From IMG/VR virus record IMGVR_UViG_2609460227_000001, positions 23,482 to 87,481 of that record: 64,000 bases of DNA, one strand, 5' to 3'. Numbering within the stretch: position 1 is the stretch's first letter; every line of letters begins with the position of its first letter. The notes beneath the pieces are model-generated. The model did no database searches. It was given only the letters and a program-made list of their open reading frames with translations, and was not told the origin of the DNA. This document shows positions 29,147-40,213 of the stretch, in pieces. A program made the position numbers and the translations under genes. This DNA is from a virus (taxonomy: Duplodnaviria > Caudoviricetes).

Positions 29147-29310
29147 ATTCTGCCACCAGGTTAAAGCTGGTGGCGTCTTCAACGTGAAGGTGACAACTGA
29201 TTTTCCTTCACGTTAAGGGTTAACAAAGCACACTCCGCATTTGCCAACCTCCCTCCACCAGCCGATAATCCGCAAACATCATTTAGTTGTTAGGATAAAC
29301 AGGCCTTATA

Positions 29311-29596
29311 ATGCCAGGAATAGCAATACAGGGATCAATATGCACCGGTCACGGCGGTTTTCCACCAAGGCCGAGCGTAGAAGGTTCGCCCCTATTTATC
29401 GTGAACGGGGTGCCAGCCATGACGGACGGTAACGCATTCGCTCCACACCGCCGCCCCGAACCAACCACCGCACCCAGGCGTTGCCATGGGTAGTAGCAAA
29501 TTGACCATTAACGGCAAACCGGCCGCTCTCATTGGCGATCCCGTTTCGTGCGGATCAACCATCCTGACCGGTGACGCCACTTTCCAAACCACTTGA
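29311..29596 (+). CDS. PAAR spike-tip protein (indel)
   Basis: CTGHGGFPPRP..VNGVPA..H; restored INGKPAALIGDPVSCGS. Confidence 0.85.
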
Positions 29597-29606
29597 GGGA
29601 ATAACC

Positions 29607-30115
29607 ATGGCTAAAACCATGTATTACGGCGTTGTAGATAAGCGCCATCTAGTAGACATCGCCAAAGCGGTGTGTGAGGTACTGGGGAACGGGAACGGTT
29701 ATGCCGTGCCTATGCTGGTGGAGACATGCGCAGCAGAAACATTGCTGGCCACGTTTAAGGATCCTACGCGTTATGGCGCGGGCACCAGTTGCATGCAAGT
29801 AGATGAAGGTACGTTCGACTGGCTGAAAGATAAATTCAAAGGCCGTATGGACAACGATTTGTTGAAGAAGGCTTCAACATTGACCTGGCCAAAGTGGAAT
29901 ACCGCGAACTTGAACTAAGCCCGGTCCTGGGAATGATTTTTGCTCGCCTACGTTACAAGACGGTACCCGAGTCTATCCCGGCAACGCTGGAAGGTCGCGC
30001 CGCGTACTGGAAACAGCATTACAACTCATACCATCCAAACGCTGCCGGTTCTTCCGATGGCTATATCAGCAAGTGCGCCAAGTGCGACACGGCCACACTA
30101 CTTGGCTCTCTATAA
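29607..30115 (+). CDS. Lysozyme-fold-like protein, candidate endolysin (indel near 29870)
   Basis: ETCAAET..MQVD..TF; ARLRY..IP..GRAAYWKQHYN; close to a holin gene. Confidence 0.55.
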
Positions 30116-30244
30116 TGGCGGCTAATTATGTCTGACTACCTAAAACGCTGCGTGAAAGCAGTGAATTACGCGTGTACGCACGTCAACGTCGTGATTTGAA
30201 GAAACCAAGTACACCACCAGCAACAAAACAGGAGAACGCCACCG

Positions 30245-30664
30245 ATGCGCCTAACCGTTGATAACTACCAGGCACAGTTACCGATCCCGTTGTGTTGTGT
30301 TATCGACCTGGCGGCAAAGTGCGCTTACGAGGCCGTGCGTCACATCCACAATGGAGCATCGCCAGTAGATACCCATAAGCCACCATTCGATGCCAAGTTG
30401 CCGCAGTGTAAGGGCATGATTAATGCCGTGCTGGCGTTCTTTCAAGATCCACCAGCAAGCGAAGCTGATAACCATAACCGCTGGGTTGAATCGAAAGTCT
30501 CTCAGGATTGGATTTACGGCATCGAGTACAGCGAAGACCTAAAGCAATCACCAGACATCATCGACTATCAATCACTATCGCCATTATCCAAAGCGAAGAA
30601 CGCGGCCTTTTACGGCGTGTGTTTGGCGGCGGTGATGCCATTTATTCAAAGTAAGGGCGAGTAA
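30245..30664 (+). CDS. RyR-domain protein
   Basis: HNRWVESKVSQDWIYG..SPDIIDYQSL..KAK. Confidence 0.65.
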   Translation: MRLTVDNYQAQLPIPLCCVIDLAAKCAYEAVRHIHNGASPVDTHKPPFDAKLPQCKGMINAVLAFFQDPPASEADNHNRWVESKVSQDWIYGIEYSEDLKQSPDIIDYQSLSPLSKAKNAAFYGVCLAAVMPFIQSKGE

Positions 30665-31001
30665 TGGGACTGCTAACGGATTTCCTGTTTAAAGATAAAC
30701 GCAAAGAGGCGTCAGGGATCATCGATTCAATTGGTGACACCTGCGATAAGTTGTTCACGTCTGACGAAGAACGCAAGGAAATGCAGGTTAAGCTAGATCG
30801 CCTGCAGGCACTAAACAAAAGCACGTTTGTTGCTGGTGGACGTTCGGCATTGATGTATGCGTGGGTATTGTCCTGGTTTATCAGGCAGTGGTCCGTGACT
30901 GGCTGGCTATCGTGTATGGCGTTGAACATCTACCAAAGGCGGCCATTGACGTTCAAACCATGGCCATGACGCTCATTAAGCTGTTTGCGGGGGCGTTGTA
31001 A
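30664..31001 (+). CDS. Holin, GTA 3-TM type (indel)
   Basis: DKLFTSDEER..STFVAGGRSAL. Confidence 0.65.
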
Positions 31002-31432
31002 TGTTTTCTGCCGTTGTTGTTTGCTGGACTGGGTACCAGCATATCGCCGTTATGACGAGTAACTATGACGAGATCCTGAGTGAAACCCAGTCAAACGAAA
31101 TGAACATTGTCGAACGTCTTCACAAGGCCAACGTTTCTAAAGTGGCCGTGCGTGCGTGCAATGATCATATTGGTATCGTGAATACACTGATTGCTGCCGG
31201 GTTCGATGTCACTGCCTTCAATCCCAACGAAGAAGCGACCCGTCCTGAGTTTGCGAACCGTGCCGCTCAGACCTGGTTTGAACTCACCGGCAATAACTTT
31301 GATGACCGACCATCCGTATCGGTATTGCGTCAATCACAGTCTACTGGACTATGGCGACTCAATAACTCATGCAAACGGAACAACGACATTTGGGTGAGCA
31401 TCATCCAGCATCGCGCCCAAGCCAGCGCATAA
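31001..31432 (+). CDS. Hypothetical protein resembling a degenerate terminase nuclease C-terminal domain
   Basis: IGIVNTLIAAGFDVTAFN..FANRAAQTW. Confidence 0.45.
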   Translation: MFSAVVVCWTGYQHIAVMTSNYDEILSETQSNEMNIVERLHKANVSKVAVRACNDHIGIVNTLIAAGFDVTAFNPNEEATRPEFANRAAQTWFELTGNNFDDRPSVSVLRQSQSTGLWRLNNSCKRNNDIWVSIIQHRAQASA

Positions 31433-31473
31433 ACCGGCACCCCACCCCGCGCCCTAACTTTAAGGGCAAATTA

Positions 31474-32650
31474 ATGCACCAATTAATGCGTGGCGACTGC
31501 TTAGAGCTAATGAAAAGTCTGCCAGATAACTCCGTTGATTCCATTGTGACTGATCCCCCGTATGGGATCTCATTTATGAACAAAAAATGGGATAAAGGTG
31601 TTCCACCAGCAGCCGTATGGCTGAATGCCTACGTGTATTAAAGCCTGGTGGTTATTTACTAGCGTTTGCTGGCACAAGAACTCAACACAGAATGGCGACG
31701 AACATCGAAGATTCTGGATTTGAAATTAAAGATATGATCGCATGGGTGTATGGTTCCGGCTGGCCTAAATCAATGGATATTTCAAAAGCTATTGATAAGC
31801 GGCTAGGTGCCACTCGTGAAGTTATTGGTGAGAACCCCAACGCCAAAGGAAGGAAGTCAAACAAAAGCCAAATTGCAGGCACCGGTGGAACTTATGGCGC
31901 AAATGACGAGAAACGAATTTCCACTTTAACAAAACCAGCAACCGTTGAAGCTGAACAATGGGAAGGATGGGGCACGGCACTAAAGCCCGCGCTTGAACCA
32001 ATCACCGTAGCAAGAAAGCCACACAAAGGGACCATTGCCGCGAATATCCTTACGCATGGTGTCGGTGGTATCAATATTGAAAAATGCCGCGTTGAAGCGG
32101 AGTCCGAATACCTATCACTTAATGTAAAGCAAGGCGGGAAAACGCCTAGCGGTGGATTAATGTCTGAACTCGGCACTGCTCGAAATGACAATTTCACACC
32201 AGCAAGCGGAAGATTCCCGGCAAACCTTATTCATGATGGCAGTGACGAGGTTATTAGGCTTTTCCCCGCAAATGCCGGCGCTGCAGCAAAGGTAAAAGGC
32301 AACGAGCCGAGCAGTGTGCATGGCAATATCTATGGTGCAATGGCCAGGGATGAAGGCAAGTTTTATGGTGATAAAGGTAGTGCGGCCCGTTTCTTCTATT
32401 GCGCAAAAGCATGCCGCTCAGATAGAACGAACAACGGTACGGTTTCAAATAAGCACGTAACAGTTAAACCCACAGATCTCATGCGCTATTTGTGCCGACT
32501 TGTGACGCTCCTGGTGGCGTCGTCTTAGATCCATTTATGGGTTCTGGCAGTACAGGTAAAGCAGCCAAATTGGAAGGATTCAATTTTATCGGGATGGAAA
32601 TTGAGGAAGATTCCTTTAATACCGCAGTGTGTCGTATTGAGGGGGCATAA
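31474..32650 (+). CDS. Site-specific N4C/N6A DNA methyltransferase, beta class (two indels)
   Basis: GDCLELM..SVDSIVTDPPY, RVLKPGG, H.TVKP..LMRYL, VLDPFMGSGSTG. Confidence 0.9.
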
Positions 32651-33414
32651 TGTTAGATACACCCGAGCAAATAGATCAGTTCAACCAATTCCAGGACGCC
32701 GGTGGCTGTCAGTTACCGGCCTCTCATCCTATCGCTATCAAACTGCAGTCAGACGCCCCGGCATTATCGGCGGCGTTCCTGGCCACCATCGATGCCGAGT
32801 TAGATTACACCGCCGACGGTATCCAGGATTTACCTGCAGTGATCACCACCCTGGCCAATGAATGTGACAAAGTAAGCCCGGCCGCTAAAGCATGGACCGA
32901 CTACATAGACCTGGCGGCAAAGCCAGACGATTTAATGCAAGTGTCTATTGGCGTTGATGTCATGTGCAAGGTGGCCAATAAGCCTAATGACAAGCCCGCA
33001 GCCAGTACGATCCCTATTACCGATGGCACAGCAGTAACAACGCTTAAAAACGCCGTGGCGACCATTTCAGGCAAGCAGGCGGGCATACAATCGTTAATGT
33101 CCCAAATTAACGCGGCTATCACCCCTCCTGTTGCTCCTAGCGGCCCCGGTGCTGGTGGCGGTGCAACGTTACCGCCGCCACCATTGCCGGATGACCTAAA
33201 AGATCAAGCCATGGCAATGATCGCAGACCTGGAACCATTGAAAGGCAGCGTGACGGCCACCAGCAATACCGTGGCCAAACAGGCCGCAGATGCCAGCAGT
33301 GAAAGGACCACCGCACTAAAGGCATTTGCTGATGCCGTTAGCGTAACGATTATTGGCACCGGCAAGGACAACGCGGCGATAAAAGATGCAATTAATGCAA
33401 TTTCTCCCATCTAA
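32650..33414 (+). CDS. Hypothetical Ala-rich helical protein, probably virion-associated
   Basis: 254-aa ORF coupled to the MTase stop. Confidence 0.55.
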   Translation: MLDTPEQIDQFNQFQDAGGCQLPASHPIAIKLQSDAPALSAAFLATIDAELDYTADGIQDLPAVITTLANECDKVSPAAKAWTDYIDLAAKPDDLMQVSIGVDVMCKVANKPNDKPAASTIPITDGTAVTTLKNAVATISGKQAGIQSLMSQINAAITPPVAPSGPGAGGGATLPPPPLPDDLKDQAMAMIADLEPLKGSVTATSNTVAKQAADASSERTTALKAFADAVSVTIIGTGKDNAAIKDAINAISPI

Positions 33415-33596
33415 TTTTCAATGCCCTGATAAAACGCGCTTTTAGATAGTGATTCATTAACACAATGGGGTGAAGCGTTAAAAAATCACCCCAATAACAA
33501 CCACTTACGCCGTTAGTGGTCACTATTAAACCGTTTTATTCTCCCTTAAACTCTGTCTGATTTTTTCCTAACAAACCAACAAAGACACAGGTAAAA

Positions 33597-35240
33597 ATGG
33601 ACCAGAAACAACGTTTTCAGGCTCGCGTAGAAGACATTTCAATGCGTGCCCAGCAAATGCGCGAACTATGCGTAAATAGCCAATTCGATAAAGCCAGCGG
33701 TGCCTATATCGACGATCCTGCAGCACGCCTAGCCGCTATCGATGGCGTAGCAGCAACAATGCCAATGTTTGAGTCACTAACAGAAGGCCATCGCCGCGAA
33801 GTTGTATCAGCAATGGCATCGTCTGTTGTTGAATACGAAAAGCAATTCGGTGAGTTACCGCGTGACGAAGTATTCGCAGCCGCACACAAAGCAATGGAAA
33901 ACATGCTGATCCTAGAAGGTGCGAACAAGGCTGGTAACGAAGGCCAGATGATGATGGAGTCAATCGGCTCATCACTATCTGAATCAAGCGGCGTTGAGAT
34001 CCGCGCAAAAATGGTCGGCCTAATCCTTCCAACCATGCTTGCAACGGCAACGTCTGACGCAGTGACTTACATTCCTGGTGCAAACGACGAAGTTGAGATC
34101 TTCAAAGTACGTCGTGTAGCCGGTTCAAACTTTGGCGACCTAAAGCGCGGTGAAGAAATTGACTCAACGACTGTTGGCCAATACTCACAGATGCGCCAGC
34201 GTTACAAATTCCCTGCAGCGCAGCAGCCAGACGGCACTAAGACAGAATTTGCATTCAAGGCAAAAACTGACCTTTCCATGGGTATCGACATTCCTGTTAA
34301 GAAAGGTACTGCCGCTATCTACTACAACCGTCGTCGCGTAGCTACTGACTTTGATCAGAAGAACGGCCGCCTATACGGTGAAGTCCCACAAACTGACGGC
34401 ACCATGATTTCAATCAGCGGTACCGTGGACTACACAAACTGCTCTATCGTTGTTACCCCTGCCACCGCGCTTCCTGCCGGTGAATTGCATGTAATGTTCG
34501 AGATCGACATCGAGGCCTCTCCTGAGTTGATCCCAACCATCGATCACGACATGACATCTTGCAAGCTACGTCCTAGCCAAGCGGCAATTGCTGCAGACGC
34601 GACTATCCAAGCAATGTTTGCAATGAACCGCGAATACAATATCGACCTGAAATCAATGCAGATGTCGCACCTACGCAACTTCCTAGCGAACGAGAAAGCA
34701 GTCCGTCACTTGACTGACATCGACTTTGCGTGTGTGAACGAATCAACGTTCAACCTGTACTGCCCTGCAGACGCAGACTGGAAACTACACCGCGAACTAC
34801 TACGCCAAACACTGCTAAACATCTCCACCAACATTCTTGAGCTAACTAAAACTGTTGGCTTGATCGGTATGTTTGCAGGCCGCCAGGCTTGTACCGTTCT
34901 TAAATCAATGGGCCCAGACTTCTTCCAGCCAGCAGCCGGCTACCAGCAGACCAACAACATCCATTTCGCTGGTACGTTGTTCGGCATGTGGAAGGTGTAC
35001 GAAGCACCGATCGTTATCGGCGAATGGGACGTGCTTTGTTACGGCCGTGGTGCGTCACACTCTGACGCTGGTTATGTGGCTGGCGATGCAATCCCAGCAA
35101 CTATGTACAACCACCCGATCGGTACGAACCTACGTTCACGCAACACCCTATGGGAACTTGCATACGGCGAGGTTCACCCATTCGACGGTGCGAACTACTT
35201 CCACCGCCTACACCTAGTTGACGTTGCGCCAACAAAATAA
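33597..35240 (+). CDS. Major capsid protein (P1 gp23-like)
   Basis: 547 aa, highly expressed codon bias, MMMES processing-type motif, IDIEASPELIPTI, GYVAGDAIP; precedes sheath. Confidence 0.88.
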   Translation: MDQKQRFQARVEDISMRAQQMRELCVNSQFDKASGAYIDDPAARLAAIDGVAATMPMFESLTEGHRREVVSAMASSVVEYEKQFGELPRDEVFAAAHKAMENMLILEGANKAGNEGQMMMESIGSSLSESSGVEIRAKMVGLILPTMLATATSDAVTYIPGANDEVEIFKVRRVAGSNFGDLKRGEEIDSTTVGQYSQMRQRYKFPAAQQPDGTKTEFAFKAKTDLSMGIDIPVKKGTAAIYYNRRRVATDFDQKNGRLYGEVPQTDGTMISISGTVDYTNCSIVVTPATALPAGELHVMFEIDIEASPELIPTIDHDMTSCKLRPSQAAIAADATIQAMFAMNREYNIDLKSMQMSHLRNFLANEKAVRHLTDIDFACVNESTFNLYCPADADWKLHRELLRQTLLNISTNILELTKTVGLIGMFAGRQACTVLKSMGPDFFQPAAGYQQTNNIHFAGTLFGMWKVYEAPIVIGEWDVLCYGRGASHSDAGYVAGDAIPATMYNHPIGTNLRSRNTLWELAYGEVHPFDGANYFHRLHLVDVAPTK

Positions 35241-35295
35241 GCATTTTTATCCTAACGAACGGATAGGTTAACGCCTATCCGTTAATGGTGACGCA

Positions 35296-35571
35296 ATGAT
35301 TACTATCGAAATCACAAACCCAACTAGCGGAAACATCACGGTAATGAACCGTGTGATCCGTCCTACCGGCGATAAGCCGATGCTGGTGGCCATTGAGCCT
35401 GCTCGATTGCATGAGTTCACCGCCACGCTGTCACTTTGCGGCCTTTCTTTCCAGGTGCAAGAGGAAAAGAAAAAAGCCAAGAAAACCACCGCTAACCCGT
35501 CACGTCGTGCCACCAGCACGCAAAAGAACGAAGCGGAACCAGACGTTAATCAATCGGAAGTCACTGAGTAA
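35296..35571 (+). CDS. Small hypothetical protein between capsid and sheath genes
   Basis: 91 aa, coupled to the sheath start. Confidence 0.55.
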   Translation: MITIEITNPTSGNITVMNRVIRPTGDKPMLVAIEPARLHEFTATLSLCGLSFQVQEEKKKAKKTTANPSRRATSTQKNEAEPDVNQSEVTE

Positions 35572-37145
35572 TGGAAATCCCATACACACTAACTAACGTC
35601 GCCGAAACAGTGGTCGCGCCTATCAATGCAGATGCCACGCTATCCACTGGCGGCGCAGGCAACGCCCTGATTTTTGCAGGCGTTGTTATCAGCCAAAAGG
35701 GTAAGCCATTTGAGCCTATCCATATCAGCAAAGACAATTATTCCGCTCTATTGGGTAAGCCATATCACCCAAGCAAGGGCCAGATTGCCGAACCAATGCG
35801 CCATGTTGCCGAGGCGGTACCAGGTGGCACAGGTATTGTTGTTCGCGTTGTTCCTGACACGGCTAAATTCCCACTAATCCGTATCAAATCGGGTGAAGGT
35901 AACGTATTTACGGCCGAAGCTGACGCACTGCCATACTCAACCGCGCTAACGCTAGACGAAGGCGCTAACGAAGTCATGGCCATCTACGTAGACGACGGCG
36001 CTATTGCAGCAAACCGCGCAGTAGAAATTGCTGTTGCTGACGCTGAAATGTTCGGTGCCAACATGCTGCAACTTGTTGTTACTGAAACTGACAGTGCAGG
36101 TAACGACGCACAGATTGAGAAATTCATCGTATCGATGGATCCAGAAGCGACCGACGACATGGGCATGCCTGCTTATATCGAAACCGTGCTTGAATCTCAG
36201 TCTAAAACCATTCGTGCGCTAGTTTCCCCAACTTGCCCGCACACATTGGGTGCCATTGCTAAAACGACGTTTGTGGGCGGTACAGAAGGCGATCTTTCTA
36301 CGCTAACCACTGAGAACTACGCAAAAGCAATTGCCGTGCTAAACGCAAGCGTGATCGGCTACACCAACGTGCTAGGCCTTGGCTGTTACGACGTACCAAC
36401 CATTAAGGCGCTAATCGACATTTGTAACCGTCGCCGTATCGGTGGCTTTTTCGATGTTGATCCTCGCTTGAGCTACGCAGCAGCGTGTACTGCTAAAAAC
36501 GACATGGCGATTGCTGATCACCGTGCTTGTTTCTACCACATGCCATTCGACTGCATTGACCCGACATACCGTTGTCGTGCTGTTTGGGGCTTATCTGGCG
36601 TTGCATTCCGTGCGAAAGCGGCTGGCGTTGCCCTAACGGCACCATATGGCGGCTACCACTACACGCCTGCAGGTGAAACCCGAGCAATCATTTCACGTAC
36701 TGGCCTGCGCCAACTACGTACTGCCGGTGTTCCTGACTACCAGCAGATGTACCGCTCACGCATCAACAAACTAGCAAGCAACCGTGCAGGCTTTTTGTTT
36801 ATCGATGACTCCCTCACTGCGTGTCCTAAAGAGAACTACCTGCGATTTGAGCAGATCGTTTCTGTTGCTGACTCAATCAGCCGCGAGTTTGTACAGCTAT
36901 CCAATGCCCTTAAGCACGAACCAGACGGCGTTACTTACGAAGGCCTAGTTAAAGGCATGACAACGATCCTTGATGGCTACGTGTCGATGAATGCTCTTGT
37001 ACCACCAACGGATCCAACTGACGGCAAAGAACCTTACAAGTTGATTGTCGAGAAGATGGATAAAGACGCATGGCGTATTCGCTGGGCTATCTCCGTTACC
37101 GGTTCGGGCCGCCGATTCTTTGGCGAACCAATTCTTCTTAAGTAA
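35571..37145 (+). CDS. Contractile tail sheath (P1 gp22-like)
   Basis: 524 aa; PINADATL, GLGCYD, HYTPAGE.RA, IDDSLT..NYLRF, HEPDG. Confidence 0.9.
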   Translation: MEIPYTLTNVAETVVAPINADATLSTGGAGNALIFAGVVISQKGKPFEPIHISKDNYSALLGKPYHPSKGQIAEPMRHVAEAVPGGTGIVVRVVPDTAKFPLIRIKSGEGNVFTAEADALPYSTALTLDEGANEVMAIYVDDGAIAANRAVEIAVADAEMFGANMLQLVVTETDSAGNDAQIEKFIVSMDPEATDDMGMPAYIETVLESQSKTIRALVSPTCPHTLGAIAKTTFVGGTEGDLSTLTTENYAKAIAVLNASVIGYTNVLGLGCYDVPTIKALIDICNRRRIGGFFDVDPRLSYAAACTAKNDMAIADHRACFYHMPFDCIDPTYRCRAVWGLSGVAFRAKAAGVALTAPYGGYHYTPAGETRAIISRTGLRQLRTAGVPDYQQMYRSRINKLASNRAGFLFIDDSLTACPKENYLRFEQIVSVADSISREFVQLSNALKHEPDGVTYEGLVKGMTTILDGYVSMNALVPPTDPTDGKEPYKLIVEKMDKDAWRIRWAISVTGSGRRFFGEPILLK

Positions 37146-37154
37146 GGGCAGACG

Positions 37155-37863
37155 ATGAGCAAATCACTATTCACGGCTGGCGCAACGCTGGCACCGACCT
37201 CGCTATCAATGGTGGCGGCGTTATCTGCTCAAGAAGCAGCAAATCGCAGCAGGAACCAAAAGAGCCAAACGAAATCAGCGAAGCCATGTTTTTTGAAAGC
37301 ATGAAAGACGACGTAATGCTTGAAGCAATGAGCAAAGCGGCGGCCACCAGCATGCGCCAGGGTGCGGCTGCGGCCGTGGTCCAGTGGATCGAAGATGGCG
37401 ATTCAGAAGCCGACGCGTTTGAAGCTATGGCCTATGGCCTGGCTGGTGGCGATGACGGCGATGAGCTAACCGACGAGCAGGCAGAAGACTTTAACGAGTA
37501 CCTGGCCTTATGTCTGATTTCTGTTTGCAAGCAGGCGCATCGGCTAATGACGTTCAGGCACTTGTTGACGGTGACGATGACGCATCAGACGCCGTTTTCA
37601 CCTCAGTTGAAAAGGCCATTGGTGGCAAGTCGGAAGACGAATTGATCGCGGAATTTGGCGTTCGTGAAACGCTAATGAACGAAGCGATCAAGAAAGTCGT
37701 GCGTGACGGCAAGGTGGTAACGATCAACACCAATAAGCGTAAGCGCAAGATGACTGCAGCACAGAAAGCAGCCCTTAAAAAAGCACGCCTTAAAGCGCAT
37801 TCAAGCTCGGCTAAGGCAGCCCGTAAGAAGGCGATGAAAACTCGCCATTCTCGCGGCATGTAA
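37155..37863 (+). CDS. P1 gp21-like head/core protein (indels)
   Basis: Acidic middle, MLEA motifs, basic tail KKVVRDG..MTAAQKAALKKARLKAH. Confidence 0.7.
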
Positions 37864-37875
37864 GGGCGTTAACCA

Positions 37876-38488
37876 ATGGCAGCAAAAACAGTAGGCGTGA
37901 CAGGCGATGACGGGGTGCATGACTCCCTGAAAGTGGCCATCACCCAAGACTTAGGCAATGGCCCTATTACTGTCATTGGTTACATGTTGGAAGGCTCGAA
38001 TTTCAGTCTATCTAGCGCCTGGGAAGCACCATTGACGGCGATCACCTGGCAATGCAGGTATCGCCGACAAATTCGTGAAGATCTACCAGCCAACGACGGG
38101 ACCACGTTCAAAACGCAATTTAACTCGCAATCAATCTGGGAAGCACCGAGCCGCCAGAACTATCGCTGACCTTGTATTTTCATGCTTACGCAGACGCGAA
38201 AGCAGAAGTCGATGAGCCAATTAAATACCTCCTTCAATTCGCCAGCCCTGAACTCAAAGAGGGTTCTATCGACGCGATCGTAAGTGAAGGATCATGGGAC
38301 GGGAGCCAATGCCCGCCATGTTCGACATCGGCCGACAATTCAAAATCAGCATGCGCGTTAAAGACGTGAGTTTTGACCTCACGGCCCCTAAAACCGAAGA
38401 CGGCTATTTCGCTTACAACACCGTGACCCTGACCTGCTCACCGAAGCAAATGTACAACCGTTCACAAATCCCTCAGATCTTTAAGTAG
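37876..38488 (+). CDS. pmgG: PmgG-like baseplate/tube initiator (several indels)
   Basis: WEAP, NSQSIWE, FASPEL, SFDLTAP..GYF; synteny before bplB. Confidence 0.55.
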
Positions 38489-38496
38489 GTAAATTT

Positions 38497-39000
38497 ATGT
38501 CTGTTTCTGGACACTTTAACGCACGCGGTGACGTGACGTTTCTAAAGGTCAAACACACCATGAACTTGATGGCTGGCGAGAAGCTGGCAGGCCATGAGTT
38601 TGAATTGACCGTAGACCAATACCCTGACCTATCCGTTGTTGTTCGCTCCGCACAAATGCCTGCAATGGGCCGTAGTGACATGGAAGACTTTGGTCCTATG
38701 GGCCTTAAGTTCAACCAGCACGGCGCACTAGAGAACTCCGGTGAAATTACAGTTACGTGTGTCGAAACCATCGGCGGCCGTGTACTGCAGATGATCCGTG
38801 AAATCGTGAAAGATAAGAAATACATCGACATCACGATCCGTGCGACACCTGAATCACTGTCTGGCGCATCACCTGACGCGCTCAAGTTCAAATTGTCTCA
38901 CTGTAAGCTGCGTTCAGACGTAGTTGAGCTATCGACAGAAGACCAGGCAACACTGGTTAAGCCATCGATGACGATCGTTTACAACTGGGTAGACCTATAA
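38497..39000 (+). CDS. bplB: Tail tube protein BplB
   Basis: 167 aa; GEKL, EDFGPMGLKFNQHG..NSGEI.VTCVET, IVYNW. Confidence 0.8.
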   Translation: MSVSGHFNARGDVTFLKVKHTMNLMAGEKLAGHEFELTVDQYPDLSVVVRSAQMPAMGRSDMEDFGPMGLKFNQHGALENSGEITVTCVETIGGRVLQMIREIVKDKKYIDITIRATPESLSGASPDALKFKLSHCKLRSDVVELSTEDQATLVKPSMTIVYNWVDL

Positions 39001-39009
39001 GGTAAAAAA

Positions 39010-39567
39010 ATGACGCCTGTACAACTGCTAGATAACGTTAAAGCCCGATTTCATACGCTAATGCACGACGAGCCCGCCGCGCTTGAAGCATTGTTACGCC
39101 AGGCTCTAACAGCGTATCAAGACCTAGCAGGCGTCACTAACCGCCATCGATACGAACAGCCTGCAGATAGCGGGATGTTTGATCTTCCTCCGGGCTTTTT
39201 AGCCCGGATTGGCGTTAGCGATGCCAATGGTAATTTCATTTCATCGACTGTCTGGTTTGAAGGCCTGGAACTCAAGTTAACCGGTGCCGAGGTTTACCCG
39301 CTAACTCTTACATACGCGGTATCCCTAACCGACATTGACCTAGATACATTCGAGTTACCGCCTAATGCCATCGGCATGATTAGCGACTATCTCGAAGCGT
39401 TGATCACTATCCCTAACACCGAGCGTATCCGCCGTGTCGCTATGGCCGGGAAAATCGATGTTAGCGACTTACCAACGCAATCTGAGCTGGTGGAGCGCAA
39501 GACAGCGATTGAAGCCACGATTCGATCCGCTCGGTCCATCATTTCGCCGTTTTCTATCCTGGGGTAG
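39010..39567 (+). CDS. pmgC: PmgC-like head-tail adaptor
   Basis: MTPVQLLDNVKARF..LLRQAL..YQD.AG, IPNTERIRR. Confidence 0.65.
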   Translation: MTPVQLLDNVKARFHTLMHDEPAALEALLRQALTAYQDLAGVTNRHRYEQPADSGMFDLPPGFLARIGVSDANGNFISSTVWFEGLELKLTGAEVYPLTLTYAVSLTDIDLDTFELPPNAIGMISDYLEALITIPNTERIRRVAMAGKIDVSDLPTQSELVERKTAIEATIRSARSIISPFSILG

Positions 39568-39570
39568 CCG

Positions 39571-40188
39571 ATGTTCACAAGTAACTTGGGTACCGGAAGC
39601 ATTTATACAACCGCCGATGACGCCTTAGACGGCTTGTTGGATGGCGCAAAAGATGCACTTGGCCTGTCCGAACCAAAGAATCCATATATGGAGAAGGCCA
39701 AAAGCTACGCCTCAAAGATCATGGCCACGCCGTTTCAGCAGGGATGGCAGTGGATTATTGAAGTGACGGGCGACAACGTGCCGATGGATTTTGAAATCTA
39801 CGTTAAAGACTTGGATTTCGGCCTTGGTTCTATCGATGCCGACGTAACAAACATTGGATCCGGCTCTATTGGTAAACCCACCAGCAGCAACGCCGGTGAG
39901 GTGACAATGACCGTGCGCGATCACATCGATGGCCGTGTGCTTAAGTGGTTCCAAACGCAACTTGCGAAGGTGAAGCACCCAAACGGCACCGTCGGCCTGC
40001 CAAAAGATTACGTGTTCACAATGACCGTATGGCTAGTCAGTGACGCCGCCATTAAGACCCCCCTCACATCGATGCAGGTATTCGCCGTGAAATGCGATAC
40101 CACCTTGAGCTACGAAAGCGAAGGTCAGTTCATCGCCTACCCGATGACATTCCAGAAATTTTCAACGCTGGGCGCTAAACCGCTGTAA
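39571..40188 (+). CDS. tub: Tub, tube-fold baseplate protein
   Basis: QGWQW.IEV, AGEVTMTVRD, NGTVGLP. Confidence 0.7.
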   Translation: MFTSNLGTGSIYTTADDALDGLLDGAKDALGLSEPKNPYMEKAKSYASKIMATPFQQGWQWIIEVTGDNVPMDFEIYVKDLDFGLGSIDADVTNIGSGSIGKPTSSNAGEVTMTVRDHIDGRVLKWFQTQLAKVKHPNGTVGLPKDYVFTMTVWLVSDAAIKTPLTSMQVFAVKCDTTLSYESEGQFIAYPMTFQKFSTLGAKPL

Positions 40189-40213
40189 CGCCGGGCGTGT
40201 AGGAGACTAGACA

